Source: Hymenobacter sp. (GTDB lineage Bacteria; Bacteroidota; Bacteroidia; Cytophagales; Hymenobacteraceae). From it: a stretch of DNA of 64,000 bases. The notes beneath the pieces were generated by a model that worked only from the letters and a program-made list of their open reading frames with translations, searched no databases and had not been told where the DNA came from. A program made the position numbers and the translations under genes. The first letter of the stretch is position 1. The number at the start of each line of letters is the position of its first letter. The stretch covers positions 178-64,177 of the forward strand of contig JAYWCH010000252.1 of NCBI GenBank assembly GCA_043780755.1, given 5' to 3'. Below are positions 55,938 through 64,000 of the stretch, piece by piece.

Positions 55938-56616
55938 CCTGCCCGCCGCCAGCGCGCCGCCGCTCTGGGAGCAGTACCGCGCCCGCCTCGACGCCTACAC
56001 CAACGCCAAGGTCAACTACGACTTCAGCCGCCAGAACGAGTACACCAGCGCTACCGGCTGGCGGCTCGATGACTACGAAACCGACCTGCCGGCCGAGGTG
56101 CCCGGTCCGCCTGGCGCGGCCGGCTCCTTCGCCGCCGCTCAGGATGTGCTGCGCCGCTACGCTTTCCCGCCGCCCGACCTCATCACCGGGATCTTCGTGC
56201 CCGATTCGCCGCTCGAAAACCGCGTTATGCTGCTGCGGGCGCAGTTCCTGTTCTTCAAATTCTACTTCGGCGTGCGGGTGAGTGAGGTGACCGATGAGGC
56301 CGCCCGCGCCACGCCCGGCGGCCCCGAGCGGGTGTGGGGCTACGGCTACCGCACGCTGGAAGGCCACTTCGAGCGCGGGCAGATTAATTTCTCCATTCAC
56401 AAAAACTTAACCTCCGGCACGGTGCAGTTTCGCGTCCACGCCGTGTCGCAGTCCGGACAGATTCGCAATCCCTTCTACTGGTTGGGATTCAAGCTGTTCG
56501 GTCGTACGCTCCAGCGCAAGTTTGCGCGCGAATCGTTGACGCGGATGCGGGAAATGGTGAGCGCCGCCCTGGCCGCCGCGCCCGCTACGCAAACCTTGGC
56601 GGCCCCGGCCGGTTGA
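55921..56616 (+). CDS. DUF1990-like protein (paralog 2)
   Basis: 231 aa. YRTLEGHFERGQINFSI signature. The start ATG overlaps the upstream gene by 17 nt (ATGAGCGCCATTCCTAA). Confidence 0.5.
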   Translation: MSAIPNLPAASAPPLWEQYRARLDAYTNAKVNYDFSRQNEYTSATGWRLDDYETDLPAEVPGPPGAAGSFAAAQDVLRRYAFPPPDLITGIFVPDSPLENRVMLLRAQFLFFKFYFGVRVSEVTDEAARATPGGPERVWGYGYRTLEGHFERGQINFSIHKNLTSGTVQFRVHAVSQSGQIRNPFYWLGFKLFGRTLQRKFARESLTRMREMVSAALAAAPATQTLAAPAG

Positions 56617-56697
56617 CGGCCTTGGGGCCAACGGCAATGAGCTGCCGGCCCCGCTACTTTTAGCAGATTTTCAAAGATTACCCTTTCCAAACTCCTG

Positions 56698-57750
56698 ATG
56701 ATTCCAACGAAAGCCTATGCTGCCCCGGCCGTAAACGTGCCCCTGGCGCCCTTTAACTTCGAGCGCCGCGAAGTGGGCGCCCACGACGTACTCATTGATA
56801 TTCAGTTCTGTGGCGTGTGTCACTCCGACCTGCACCAGGTGCGCGACGAGTGGGGCGGCGCTACTTTTCCCATGGTGCCGGGCCACGAAATCGTGGGCCG
56901 CATAACTCAGGTGGGTGACCACGTTAAGAACTTCAAAGTCGGCGATCTGGCCGGCGTGGGCTGCATGGTGGACTCCTGCCGCACCTGCCCCAGCTGCCTC
57001 GAGAACCTGGAGCAATACTGCGAAACGACGGGCTTTGTGGGTACCTACGGGGGCCGCGAGCGCGGCACCGGCAAGACCACGTACGGCGGCTACTCCAACC
57101 AGATTGTGGTGGATGAAAAGTACACCCTAAAGGTGTCGGACAAGCTCGATCCGGCCCGCGTGGCGCCGCTGCTCTGCGCCGGTATCACTACATATTCGCC
57201 GCTGCGGCAGTGGAAAGTGGGTCCGGGTCACCGCGTGGCCGTCATGGGCCTGGGCGGACTGGGCCACATGGCCGTGAAGATTGCCGCCGCCATGGGCGCC
57301 GAAGTAACCGTGCTCAGCACCTCGCCTAACAAAGAGGCCGACGCCAAAGAGCTGGGCGCGCACAAGTTCATCGTCACCAAGGACCAAGAGCAGCTCAAGT
57401 CAGTCACCAATTACTTCGACTTCATTATCAACACCGTATCGGCCCCGCTCGATCTGGCCGCTTACCTGAATCTGTTGCGCCGCGACGGCACGATGATTCT
57501 GCTGGGCGTGCCGCCCGAAGCGCCGCAGGTGCACGCGTTCAACCTCATCGCCAAGCGCCGCCGCATTGCCGGCTCGCTCATTGGCGGCATTGCCGAAACC
57601 CAGGAAATGCTGGACTTCTGCGCCGAGCACAACATCATGTCCGACGTGGAAGTGATCGACATCAAGGACATCAACGAAGCCTACGAGCGCATGTTGAAAG
57701 GCGACGTGAAATACCGCTTCGTGATCGACTTGGCCACGTTGAATAACTAA
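56698..57750 (+). CDS. Zinc-dependent NAD(P) alcohol dehydrogenase (cinnamyl-ADH/YahK-like)
   Basis: 350 aa. GVCHSDLH and GHEIVG catalytic Zn motifs. CRTCPSCLENLEQYC structural Zn motif. GLGGLGH cofactor fold. Confidence 0.9.
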   Translation: MIPTKAYAAPAVNVPLAPFNFERREVGAHDVLIDIQFCGVCHSDLHQVRDEWGGATFPMVPGHEIVGRITQVGDHVKNFKVGDLAGVGCMVDSCRTCPSCLENLEQYCETTGFVGTYGGRERGTGKTTYGGYSNQIVVDEKYTLKVSDKLDPARVAPLLCAGITTYSPLRQWKVGPGHRVAVMGLGGLGHMAVKIAAAMGAEVTVLSTSPNKEADAKELGAHKFIVTKDQEQLKSVTNYFDFIINTVSAPLDLAAYLNLLRRDGTMILLGVPPEAPQVHAFNLIAKRRRIAGSLIGGIAETQEMLDFCAEHNIMSDVEVIDIKDINEAYERMLKGDVKYRFVIDLATLNN

Positions 57751-57774
57751 TCTGCACGCCCCGGTGCCAGCAAA

Positions 57775-57812
57775 GCGGCCGGCTTTCCCGATGGGGAAGG
57801 CCGGCCATTTTT
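57775..57812 (+). terminator. Rho-independent terminator after the ADH gene
   Basis: GGCCGGCTTTCCC-GAT-GGGGAAGGCCGGCC followed by ATTTTT. Confidence 0.55.
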
Positions 57813-57851
57813 GGTTAAAGCGCCAGTACAGATTCGCTGAAAAGCGTCGCG

Positions 57852-58670
57852 CTAAACGACGATGCGCATGGCCGGCGCCACGGGCCAGGCCGTGTGCGTG
57901 ACCCGTACATCGGGCCAAAGAGCCTGTTGACCAGTGTAATGCAGGTAAATGCGGGCCGTGGTGATGATATCTTTCTCGCAATAAGTGACAATGCGGGCCA
58001 GGTTTTTTTCAACCCAATACGTGTGGCCGACCTGCGCGCCGTCGATGTCGTCTTTGGGCGAGGGAATGCCGAAGATGCCAGCCAGCAGGGGCAGGGTGAT
58101 GTGGCCCTTGTTGTCGCCGAATTTCCAGAGGTCCATCGTGTCGAGCAGGTGGGGCAGATCCCAGGGTTTGTGGCCGGCGATGTCGAGCATGGCGGGCAGC
58201 TCCTGGCCGCAGATCAGCATCCGGCGGCCGAGGTATCCGTAGTCGAATTCGCGGCCGTTATGGGCGCAGAGATAGTGGCCGTCTTTGGTGGCGCGGTCGA
58301 GCTTGGGGCGATATTCCTGGCTGGCTGGCGCTTTGCCGGCGAGCAGCTGGGCAAAGCCGCCGAGGACCAGGCACTCGTCATCGTCGGCAAAAGATTTAAC
58401 CCGAAACTCCAGCCCGCCATCGGTCAGCGGCCGGAAATAGCCCACCGAAATGCACACTACCCGGCCAAATTCGGCATAGAGGCCGGCGTTGTGATAGAGG
58501 TCGCCGTGGGTTTGGCCCTCAGCTACTTCCCGGGCGTGGCGGCGGCCGCAAAATTTCTTCCACAGGCCCTGCTGAGCCGGGTCGAGCTGGTCGTGGTTGT
58601 GGTGAAAAGGGACAGTTTCAATGTCCACGAAAAAGACTTTAGTCAGGTCAACGTGACGCAGAATATGCAT
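57852..58670 (-). CDS. RNase H-fold 3'-5' exonuclease (PolB-exonuclease-like, DEDD)
   Basis: Trimmed to MHILRHVDLTKVFFVDIETVP (DxE motif). Later HNGREFDY and YCEKDI motifs. 272 aa. Confidence 0.65.
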   Translation of the reverse strand: MHILRHVDLTKVFFVDIETVPFHHNHDQLDPAQQGLWKKFCGRRHAREVAEGQTHGDLYHNAGLYAEFGRVVCISVGYFRPLTDGGLEFRVKSFADDDECLVLGGFAQLLAGKAPASQEYRPKLDRATKDGHYLCAHNGREFDYGYLGRRMLICGQELPAMLDIAGHKPWDLPHLLDTMDLWKFGDNKGHITLPLLAGIFGIPSPKDDIDGAQVGHTYWVEKNLARIVTYCEKDIITTARIYLHYTGQQALWPDVRVTHTAWPVAPAMRIVV

Positions 58671-58696
58671 GGCGGGCGAAAAAACAGGGTCTGGTT

Positions 58697-58704
58697 CAAA
58701 GCTA
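58697..58704 (-). promoter_or_regulatory. -7 box TAGCTTTG upstream of the exonuclease gene
   Basis: Exact TAnnTTTG on the minus strand, 27 nt upstream of ATG 58670. Supports the trimmed start. Confidence 0.3.
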
Positions 58705-58952
58705 AGGCAAAATAGACGTTTTGCCCGGTAAGATGCGTTTATAAGCGGAATAGGGATTTCTGAATTCAGGGCCAACTCCTTATCGGCCAAGCTATGGCCG
58801 GGGCTGAAGGCGGGCCAGTTGCACGCCGCCGGTGCCCAGTCACGAATGTGCGCGGCGCCGCCCGAATCCGCTCGCGTGGGTGGGGGCAGGCAACCCATGA
58901 CTGAAACTTTCTATCTGTTGGCTATATAATCACTTTCCATCAGCGTTTAGTT

Positions 58953-61442
58953 ATGAAAAATGTTACCCGTTGCGGTACGGGCGGGCTGCTGCTCCTGCTG
59001 CTGTTCCGGCCGGCCGGCCCGGCCGCCGCTCAGACGCCCGCTGCCCCGGCTGCGCCCGTCAGTACCGGCTCGCTCACCGGCACTGTCGTCGATTCGCTCA
59101 AGCAGGCCCCCGTGCCCTACGCTACGGTGGTGCTGCTGCCGCCGGCGCCCAACGATAAACCGATTACCGGCGTGGCTGCCGACGACAACGGCCGCTTCGC
59201 CCTGACCGGCCTGATTCCCGGTCCGGCCCGGCTGCGGGTGAGCTACGTGGGCTACGGCACCCAGACGCGGGCCGTGACCATCTCGGCCGGGACCACTGCC
59301 GTGGGGGCATTCCGGCTGCCTACCGCCGGTACGGCCCTGGCCGAAGCCGTAGTCATCGGCACCAAGCCGGTGGTGGAAATTCGCCCCGACCGTATGGTGT
59401 ACAACGCCGATCAGGACGTGACCAACGCCGGCGGCACGGCGGCCGACGTGCTGCGCAAAGCGCCCCTGCTGGCCGTGGACGGCGACGGCAACGTAAAAAT
59501 GCGCGGCTCCAGCAACTTCAAAGTCCTGGTCAATAACAAGCCTTCGCCCACGCTGGCCAGCAACCTGGCGGAGGCCCTGAAAGGCATTCCGGCCGAACAG
59601 ATTCAGAGCGTCGAAATCATCACCACGCCCCCGGCTAAGTACGACGGGGAAGGCACCGCTGGCATCATCAACATCGTGCTCAAAAAAGGGGTGGACCAGG
59701 GCCTGAACGGTCGGGTCAGCGCCTCGGGCGGCAACCGCAACTCAAGCGCCAACGCGTCGCTCAACTTCAAAAAAGGCAAGCTTGGGTTTACGTCCTCGGG
59801 CGGCACGGGCGCCTGGTACGGGCCGAGCGAATCTATCCGCGTGCGCAACGGCCAGCTCGACGGTTCGACGCTGAGTCAGGGCGGCGCGGGCAACTACGGC
59901 GGCCAGTGGTACTACGGCACCGTGGGCCTCGACTACGATATCAGCGCCCACCAGAGCCTGTCGCTGGCGGCTTCGCTGAATACCTACAACGGACACAATT
60001 ACAGCAACTTGCTCAATGATTTTGTCTCGTCGGCGTCTCCGGCCGACAATTCGCTGTTCACCCGCACCACCAACAGTCTGTTCAGCGGCCTGAATGGGGA
60101 GCTGACCGGCACTTACACCAAAACTTTCGCCCAGGCCCGGCGCGAGTGGAGCGTGCTGGGCCAGTACGCCCGCAACGACGGCACCTTCGGCTACGACTTC
60201 GACCAGTACACCAACTCTTACGTGAACCTCGAAACCGCCCGCGCCGATTACCGCGAGCACAGCCGGGGTCGCACGCCCGGCTCGGAAATGACTTTCCAGA
60301 CCGATTTTACCCAGCCTTTCGGCGAGAAGCAAACCTTCGAAACCGGCCTCAAAGCCATCTGGCGCCACACTGGTTCGCTGGCCGATGTCGACGGGCTGAC
60401 CCGGGGCCAGGCGCGGGATTTCGTCCGCCTGCCCGGCCGCTCCACCGACTTCAGCTACGACCAGAACGTGCAGGCGGCCCACGCCACTTACACCAATAAG
60501 CTGAGTAAGAAGCTGACCATCAGTCTGGGCAGCCGGTTGGAGCGGACTACCCTGGCGGCCGATTTTCGGACCAACGACACCAGCTTCGGGCGCAGCTACC
60601 TGACCCTGCTGCCCAATGGCAACGCTCAGTACGCGCTCAGCGACAACAATAGCCTGCGCCTGGCCTACAGTCGTCGCATCACGCGGCCGTACATCGACTA
60701 CCTCAACCCGTTCGTGGACCGGAGCGACCCGAAGAATATTGTGTTTGGCAACCCCGCCCTCAGTCCCGAGCTGACGGACTCTTACGAGCTCAGCTTCAAC
60801 ACTAACGGTAAAGCGGGCTCCCTCAATATTGCGGCTTCGGTGCGGCGCACGGGGAACGCCATTGAGTCCCTGCGCCTGCCCGCCGATGCGGCTGGTATCA
60901 CGCAGCAGACGTACGCCAACGTGGCGGCCAACTCGTACTACCAGCTCAATTTCTACGGCTCGGCCAAACCGGCGAAGGGCTGGGATATCAGCGGCGGGCC
61001 TGATATTCAGTATATTGTACGCCGAAGTCCGGCGCTGAATATCGAGCGGCGCGGCTTCACGGCCGGGCTGAACTTCAACACCTCTTACAAGCTGCCCCGG
61101 AATTTTACGCTGCAGGGCTTTCTGTACAGCTCGCTGCCCTCGCCCGAGCTTCAGGGCCGGGGGCCTGCCAACCTGTATTATCAGTTGGGCGCCAAGAAAA
61201 CTTTTCTCAAAGACAAGGCAGATCTGGTGCTGAATTTCGGCTCGCCTTTCAATAATTCCTGGGTGTACCGCAGCCTAACCAACACGCCCTCGTTCAACGA
61301 AATCAATGAAAACCGTGTTTTTCAACGCTCGTTTCGCCTCAGTTTCAGCTACCGATTCGGTCAGGCCCAGCAGGCCAAGCAGCGTAAGGCCATCTCCAAC
61401 GACGACGTGAAGGGCGGCGGCAATAAGCAGGGCGGCCAATAA
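58953..61442 (+). CDS. TonB-dependent receptor-like outer-membrane beta-barrel protein with N-terminal CarboxypepD_reg domain
   Basis: 829 aa. Signal peptide ...GPAAAQ. GSLTGTVVDSLKQAPVPYATVVLL domain. Plug-like DVLRKAPLLAVDGDGNVKMRGS. Barrel ending RLSFSYRF, plus a Lys/Gly-rich tail. Confidence 0.8.
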   Translation: MKNVTRCGTGGLLLLLLFRPAGPAAAQTPAAPAAPVSTGSLTGTVVDSLKQAPVPYATVVLLPPAPNDKPITGVAADDNGRFALTGLIPGPARLRVSYVGYGTQTRAVTISAGTTAVGAFRLPTAGTALAEAVVIGTKPVVEIRPDRMVYNADQDVTNAGGTAADVLRKAPLLAVDGDGNVKMRGSSNFKVLVNNKPSPTLASNLAEALKGIPAEQIQSVEIITTPPAKYDGEGTAGIINIVLKKGVDQGLNGRVSASGGNRNSSANASLNFKKGKLGFTSSGGTGAWYGPSESIRVRNGQLDGSTLSQGGAGNYGGQWYYGTVGLDYDISAHQSLSLAASLNTYNGHNYSNLLNDFVSSASPADNSLFTRTTNSLFSGLNGELTGTYTKTFAQARREWSVLGQYARNDGTFGYDFDQYTNSYVNLETARADYREHSRGRTPGSEMTFQTDFTQPFGEKQTFETGLKAIWRHTGSLADVDGLTRGQARDFVRLPGRSTDFSYDQNVQAAHATYTNKLSKKLTISLGSRLERTTLAADFRTNDTSFGRSYLTLLPNGNAQYALSDNNSLRLAYSRRITRPYIDYLNPFVDRSDPKNIVFGNPALSPELTDSYELSFNTNGKAGSLNIAASVRRTGNAIESLRLPADAAGITQQTYANVAANSYYQLNFYGSAKPAKGWDISGGPDIQYIVRRSPALNIERRGFTAGLNFNTSYKLPRNFTLQGFLYSSLPSPELQGRGPANLYYQLGAKKTFLKDKADLVLNFGSPFNNSWVYRSLTNTPSFNEINENRVFQRSFRLSFSYRFGQAQQAKQRKAISNDDVKGGGNKQGGQ

Positions 61443-61450
61443 ATTCCAGC

Positions 61451-61481
61451 AAAAAACCCTGGTCCATTGGGCCAGGGTTTT
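61451..61481. terminator. Terminator after the TonB-receptor gene, usable in both directions
   Basis: AAAAAA-CCCTGGTCC-ATT-GGGCCAGGG-TTTT. The minus-strand reading gives the same hairpin followed by TTTTTT. Confidence 0.6.
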
Positions 61482-61716
61482 ATCGGTAGAAGGAAAGAAT
61501 GGCAGAAAAAAGGAGAGAAGGGGAAAATGTGGAAAGGGTAAAAAGAATAAGTAAGGTGTTGAGGAAGGTATCGTTACGAATTGATAATCGGGATCGAAGC
61601 TGAGGGTGAAAAGACCGGAATATTCTACGTATTTATGGCCGGTAACTTAAGGGTAATTACTGCTGAATTCAAGTCAGCCAGGAAATCCAATTAGATTAAG
61701 ATTATTTTTTAACTGA
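61451..61716 (-). ncRNA. Candidate unannotated pyrimidine-rich small RNA (hypothetical)
   Basis: Minus-strand TTTG (61755-61752), N21, then TATGTTTG (61730-61723) matches the Bacteroidota -33/-7 pattern. The ~265 nt downstream lack any plausible ORF. They end at the hairpin plus T6 at 61481-61451. No homology evidence is available to me. Confidence 0.2.
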
Positions 61717-62031
61717 ATGATACAAACATACGCGACGCAAGTTTCATTATGCAAATATGTTTTAGGCTCAGGGTCCTTTTATTCAGTAATCAATCCGGAA
61801 TATCAGGGTGGCAAAGTCAGTATTTTGCGCATAAAACCCAACGTACGCCTTGAAAACGACGTTTTGTAGCTCAGCTAAAATAAAGTGAAATAGTTCGAAA
61901 CAATTTCCCGGTTTCAGTTTACGCGCTCGGTCAGCTGCCGCCTGTTCGCAGTTACGCCCCCCTGGCTGAGGACCGACCCGGATAGAAAAATACCGCGCTG
62001 CCGCTGTCCCAAACCCAGCAAAAGCGTAACG

Positions 62032-62062
62032 AAAATGCGCGGCTCCGGAAAGGGAGCCGCGC
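62032..62062 (-). terminator. Rho-independent terminator after the 163-aa CarboxypepD_reg gene
   Basis: GCGCGGCTCC-GGAAAG-GGAGCCGCGC (10-bp perfect stem). The minus strand continues with ATTTT. Confidence 0.55.
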
Positions 62063-62134
62063 GGCTAAAAATCGGATCAGAAGTCATTAATCCCGGGATC
62101 AGGGCGGCGGTTGGGTCGCTGCCGCCGCCCGGCG

Positions 62135-62626
62135 CTAGTGCAGATCGCGCCTGGCCTGCCGGTGGGCGGTTTTCAGATAGGTCTTAAGTTGCTGATTGCG
62201 GGCAACTTTAATGGTATTGGGCGTGGCCAGCTCTACGGTGGCCGCCCGGTCGTCACGGGCGACAGTCACGGTTTCGTCGTCGAACCCGGCGTAGCTGGCG
62301 GTGATGCTAACGGGGGCTTTGCTGCGGGGAATGAGAAGGCTGAACTCGCCGTCGGCATCGGTGACCATCACCTTTTTGATGCCTTTAATTTGCACCACCG
62401 CGCCGGGTAGCGCCCCTTTGGGGCTGATGACGTGCCCCGTAAACAGGATTGTGCCGCCGTTCAGGATGGGTACCGTTGAAACCACTTTCGAGCGATCTGA
62501 ATTCGCCAATGACTTGATGGCAAATGCTTTGTTGTTGGTTGCAGCCTGCGCCTGCGCCTCGTTACCCAGCAGAGCCAGGGCGGCACTGATGACGGAGGTA
62601 GCGATCAGGTAGAAAGGAAAGCGCAT
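62135..62626 (-). CDS. Small secreted CarboxypepD_reg domain protein
   Basis: Trimmed to MRFPFYLIATSVISAALALLGNEAQAQ. FTGHVISPKGALPGAVVQIKGIKKVMVTDADGEFSLLI beta-sandwich pattern. Confidence 0.6.
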   Translation of the reverse strand: MRFPFYLIATSVISAALALLGNEAQAQAATNNKAFAIKSLANSDRSKVVSTVPILNGGTILFTGHVISPKGALPGAVVQIKGIKKVMVTDADGEFSLLIPRSKAPVSITASYAGFDDETVTVARDDRAATVELATPNTIKVARNQQLKTYLKTAHRQARRDLH

Positions 62627-62880
62627 GGAAAGGGATTGGGAAGAGGGGGTCGAAATAATTATCCTTTTTCGGGACATCTTACAACAACATATTAGTTCAG
62701 CTGAATTTTGGGGGCCTCGGCCAACTTACTGATTACCCCGGCCAGCCCCCATTTTTACCCAGCCAGTGCGATAACTGCGGCAGTTTTCCGGCGGCTTGCC
62801 CGCTGGACTCAGTTCGGGCGCCCGGCCGGTGAATCGTCCCACCGACGGGTTTCCGGACCCGGCTTTTTCGTTTTTCAGGA

Positions 62881-62888
62881 TACCTTTG
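62881..62888 (+). promoter_or_regulatory. -7 box TACCTTTG upstream of nuoK
   Basis: Exact TAnnTTTG (extended TACCTTTGCCC, as at nuoA and pruA), 42 nt upstream of ATG 62930. Confidence 0.4.
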
Positions 62889-62929
62889 CCCGCCGGCCGG
62901 CTGTACTGCTTATTGGTCGGCCCTCCCGC

Positions 62930-63262
62930 ATGGACCAAACCATTCCCGAAGTCATCCGCACCGTTCCGTTGCCGTACTACGTTTTTCTGGCTTCGGCCCT
63001 GTTCGCCATCGGTGTGACGGGCGTGCTGGTGCGCCGTAATGCCATCATTATTTTTATGTGCGTCGAGCTGATGCTCAATGCCGTCAATATTCTGCTGACG
63101 GCCTTTTCGGCCTACCGGGCCGATCCCAACGGCCAGATTTTCGTGTTCTTTATTATGGCCGTGGCCGCCGCCGAAGTCTCGGTGGGCCTGGGCATTATCG
63201 TCATGATTTACCGCAACTTCCAGACGACCGACGTCAACCTGCTCAGCCGGCTTAAGTGGTAA
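62930..63262 (+). CDS. nuoK: NADH-quinone oxidoreductase subunit K
   Basis: Trimmed to MDQTIPEV (ATG 62930). 110 aa, three TM. IFMCVELMLNAVNILL and AAAEVSVGLGIIV motifs. Confidence 0.9.
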   Translation: MDQTIPEVIRTVPLPYYVFLASALFAIGVTGVLVRRNAIIIFMCVELMLNAVNILLTAFSAYRADPNGQIFVFFIMAVAAAEVSVGLGIIVMIYRNFQTTDVNLLSRLKW

Positions 63263-63353
63263 CGGCGCGGGGTCCGGCCGGTGCGAACGCTGCGTTTGCG
63301 CCCGTCAGTTTCCCGCGCCCCCTGCTCCTTTGCTCATTCGCTACCCCCTTACA

Positions 63354-64000
63354 ATGCTAGAAACCGTTCTTCCCGGCGCCAACGCCCCCTTTCCCACGCT
63401 GCTCTACGTCCTGATTCCGCTGCTGCCCTTCCTGGGTTTTCTGCTGAATGGGCTGCTGAACCGGAAGCTCTCCGGCACCGTGGCCGGCCTGATTGGCAGC
63501 GGTGCCGTACTCGGCTCGTTTCTGATTTCGGTGCTGCTGTTCGTCAATTTTCAGTACCAGTACACCGTGCAGCTTTTCGACTGGATTGAAGTCGGCTCGC
63601 TGCAAATCCCTTTCAGCTACCAGATCGATCAGCTCAGCCTGATTATGCTGCTGCTGGTGACGGGCGTGGGCTTCCTGATTCACGTCTACAGCATCGGCTA
63701 CATGCACCACGACGAGAACGTGGGCAAGTTCTTCAGCTTCCTGAACCTGTTTATTTTCAGTATGTTGGTGTTGGTGTTGGGTTCCAATTTCGTCATTCTG
63801 TTCATCGGTTGGGAAGGCGTGGGCTTGTGCTCCTACTTGCTCATCGGCTTCTGGAACACGAACACCGACTACAACAACGCCGCCAAGAAAGCCTTCATCA
63901 TCAACCGCATCGGCGACCTGGGCTTTCTGCTGGGCATCTTCCTTATTTACCTGACCTTCAATTCGGTGCAATACGCCGAGGTATTTCAGAAAGCCAGCCT
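63354..64000 (+). CDS. nuoL: NADH-quinone oxidoreductase subunit L (partial; continues beyond the right window edge)
   Basis: Absent from the ORF track because it runs off the edge. My translation from ATG 63354 reads MLETVLPGANAPFPTLLYVLIPLLPFLGFLLNG...SIGYMHHDENVGKFFSFLNLFIFSMLVLVLGSNFVILFIGWEGVGLCSYLLIGFW, the canonical NuoL N-terminal region. Confidence 0.9.
   Translation, partial: MLETVLPGANAPFPTLLYVLIPLLPFLGFLLNGLLNRKLSGTVAGLIGSGAVLGSFLISVLLFVNFQYQYTVQLFDWIEVGSLQIPFSYQIDQLSLIMLLLVTGVGFLIHVYSIGYMHHDENVGKFFSFLNLFIFSMLVLVLGSNFVILFIGWEGVGLCSYLLIGFWNTNTDYNNAAKKAFIINRIGDLGFLLGIFLIYLTFNSVQYAEVFQKAS

Noticed and set aside
61485-61620. GGA-rich, C-depleted tract read as a CsrB/RsmZ-like CsrA sponge RNA on the plus strand
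   Set aside because: To my knowledge Bacteroidota lack CsrA/RsmA. The GGA triplets are not obviously displayed in hairpin loops, and I found no plus-strand promoter box. It is kept only as a compositional observation within the island finding.
61749-61853. 34-aa ORF (MQICFRLRVLLFSNQSGISGWQSQYFAHKTQRTP) in the low-GC island
   Set aside because: No recognisable upstream signal. Its composition is unlike coding sequence elsewhere in the window. It overlaps the inverted repeats. It cannot be supported without conservation data.
61867-61900. tRNA-like fragments (TAGCTCAG D-loop-like at 61867-61874 and GTTCGAAA T-loop-like at 61893-61900)
   Set aside because: The two boxes are only ~26 nt apart, versus ~40 nt in a real tRNA. 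No acceptor or anticodon stems can be drawn. At most it is a decayed tRNA/att remnant; it is not a gene.
62708-62929. 74-codon upstream extension of the nuoK ORF (similar extensions occur at ccmF, porU, purH, mreB, nuoM, gluQ, the SDR and the exonuclease gene)
   Set aside because: The extensions lack homology to the respective families. Internal ATGs give canonical N-termini or signal peptides, and in several cases a TAnnTTTG box lies inside the extension.
1-64000. Search for CRISPR arrays, rRNA/tRNA genes, transposases, integrases, prophage or toxin-antitoxin/defence modules
   Set aside because: I found no regularly spaced direct repeats, no intact tRNA cloverleaf candidates in the intergenic regions, and no ORF with recombinase, transposase, reverse-transcriptase or nuclease-NTPase defence signatures. 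The window looks like core chromosome.

Overview
High-GC Bacteroidota chromosome segment. It is probably Cytophagales/Hymenobacteraceae-like; this is an inference from PorU/PorV type IX secretion genes, CTD-tailed cargo, recurrent TAnnTTTG -7 boxes, a short 338-aa NuoG and CarboxypepD_reg-type outer-membrane proteins. The window is overwhelmingly core/housekeeping. It holds nuoH-G-F-E-D-C-B-A (minus strand, left edge), pruA, a dNMP-kinase-like/YjjG pair, a UbiA prenyltransferase, csp, an orphan fdx-iscX pair, and a 933-aa T9SS cargo. It also holds ccmB-C-D-E-F (System I cytochrome c maturation with a Cys-type CcmE) and a 1086-aa TolB-propeller/Omp85-barrel protein. Further right come pssA, porU-porV, an M16 peptidase, NDH-2, an ArsR/[2Fe-2S] pair and a BamA-like OMP. 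Next is a GT2 / NodS-methyltransferase / PIG-L deacetylase / acyl-CoA dehydrogenase module, then purH, mreB-C-D-mrdA, an SDR and an isolated nuoM-nuoN pair. The right end has gluQ, nfi, two overlapping DUF1990-like genes, a Zn-ADH, a DEDD exonuclease, a TonB-dependent receptor, and nuoK-nuoL (plus strand, right edge). I see no transposase, integrase, phage, CRISPR, rRNA or intact tRNA genes, and no recognisable defence island. The most unusual items are these. (1) The Nod-factor-like four-gene module at 39.2-43.1 kb. (2) A ~0.55-kb ORF-free, low-GC island sitting between two convergent terminators (61.48-62.03 kb), which has a promoter-like box, a C-depleted/GGA-rich tract and a usable terminator, suggesting an unannotated ncRNA. 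(3) Two related ~110-nt palindromic repeat elements, one inserted between nuoM and nuoN. (4) Fragmentation of the nuo genes into three separately promoted blocks. (5) The variant CxxxY CcmE. Nothing here is a clear-cut novel system; the candidates are hypotheses that need database and neighbourhood searches I cannot run. All coordinates follow the supplied ORF track; where an upstream in-frame extension looked spurious I trimmed to the internal ATG and say so.
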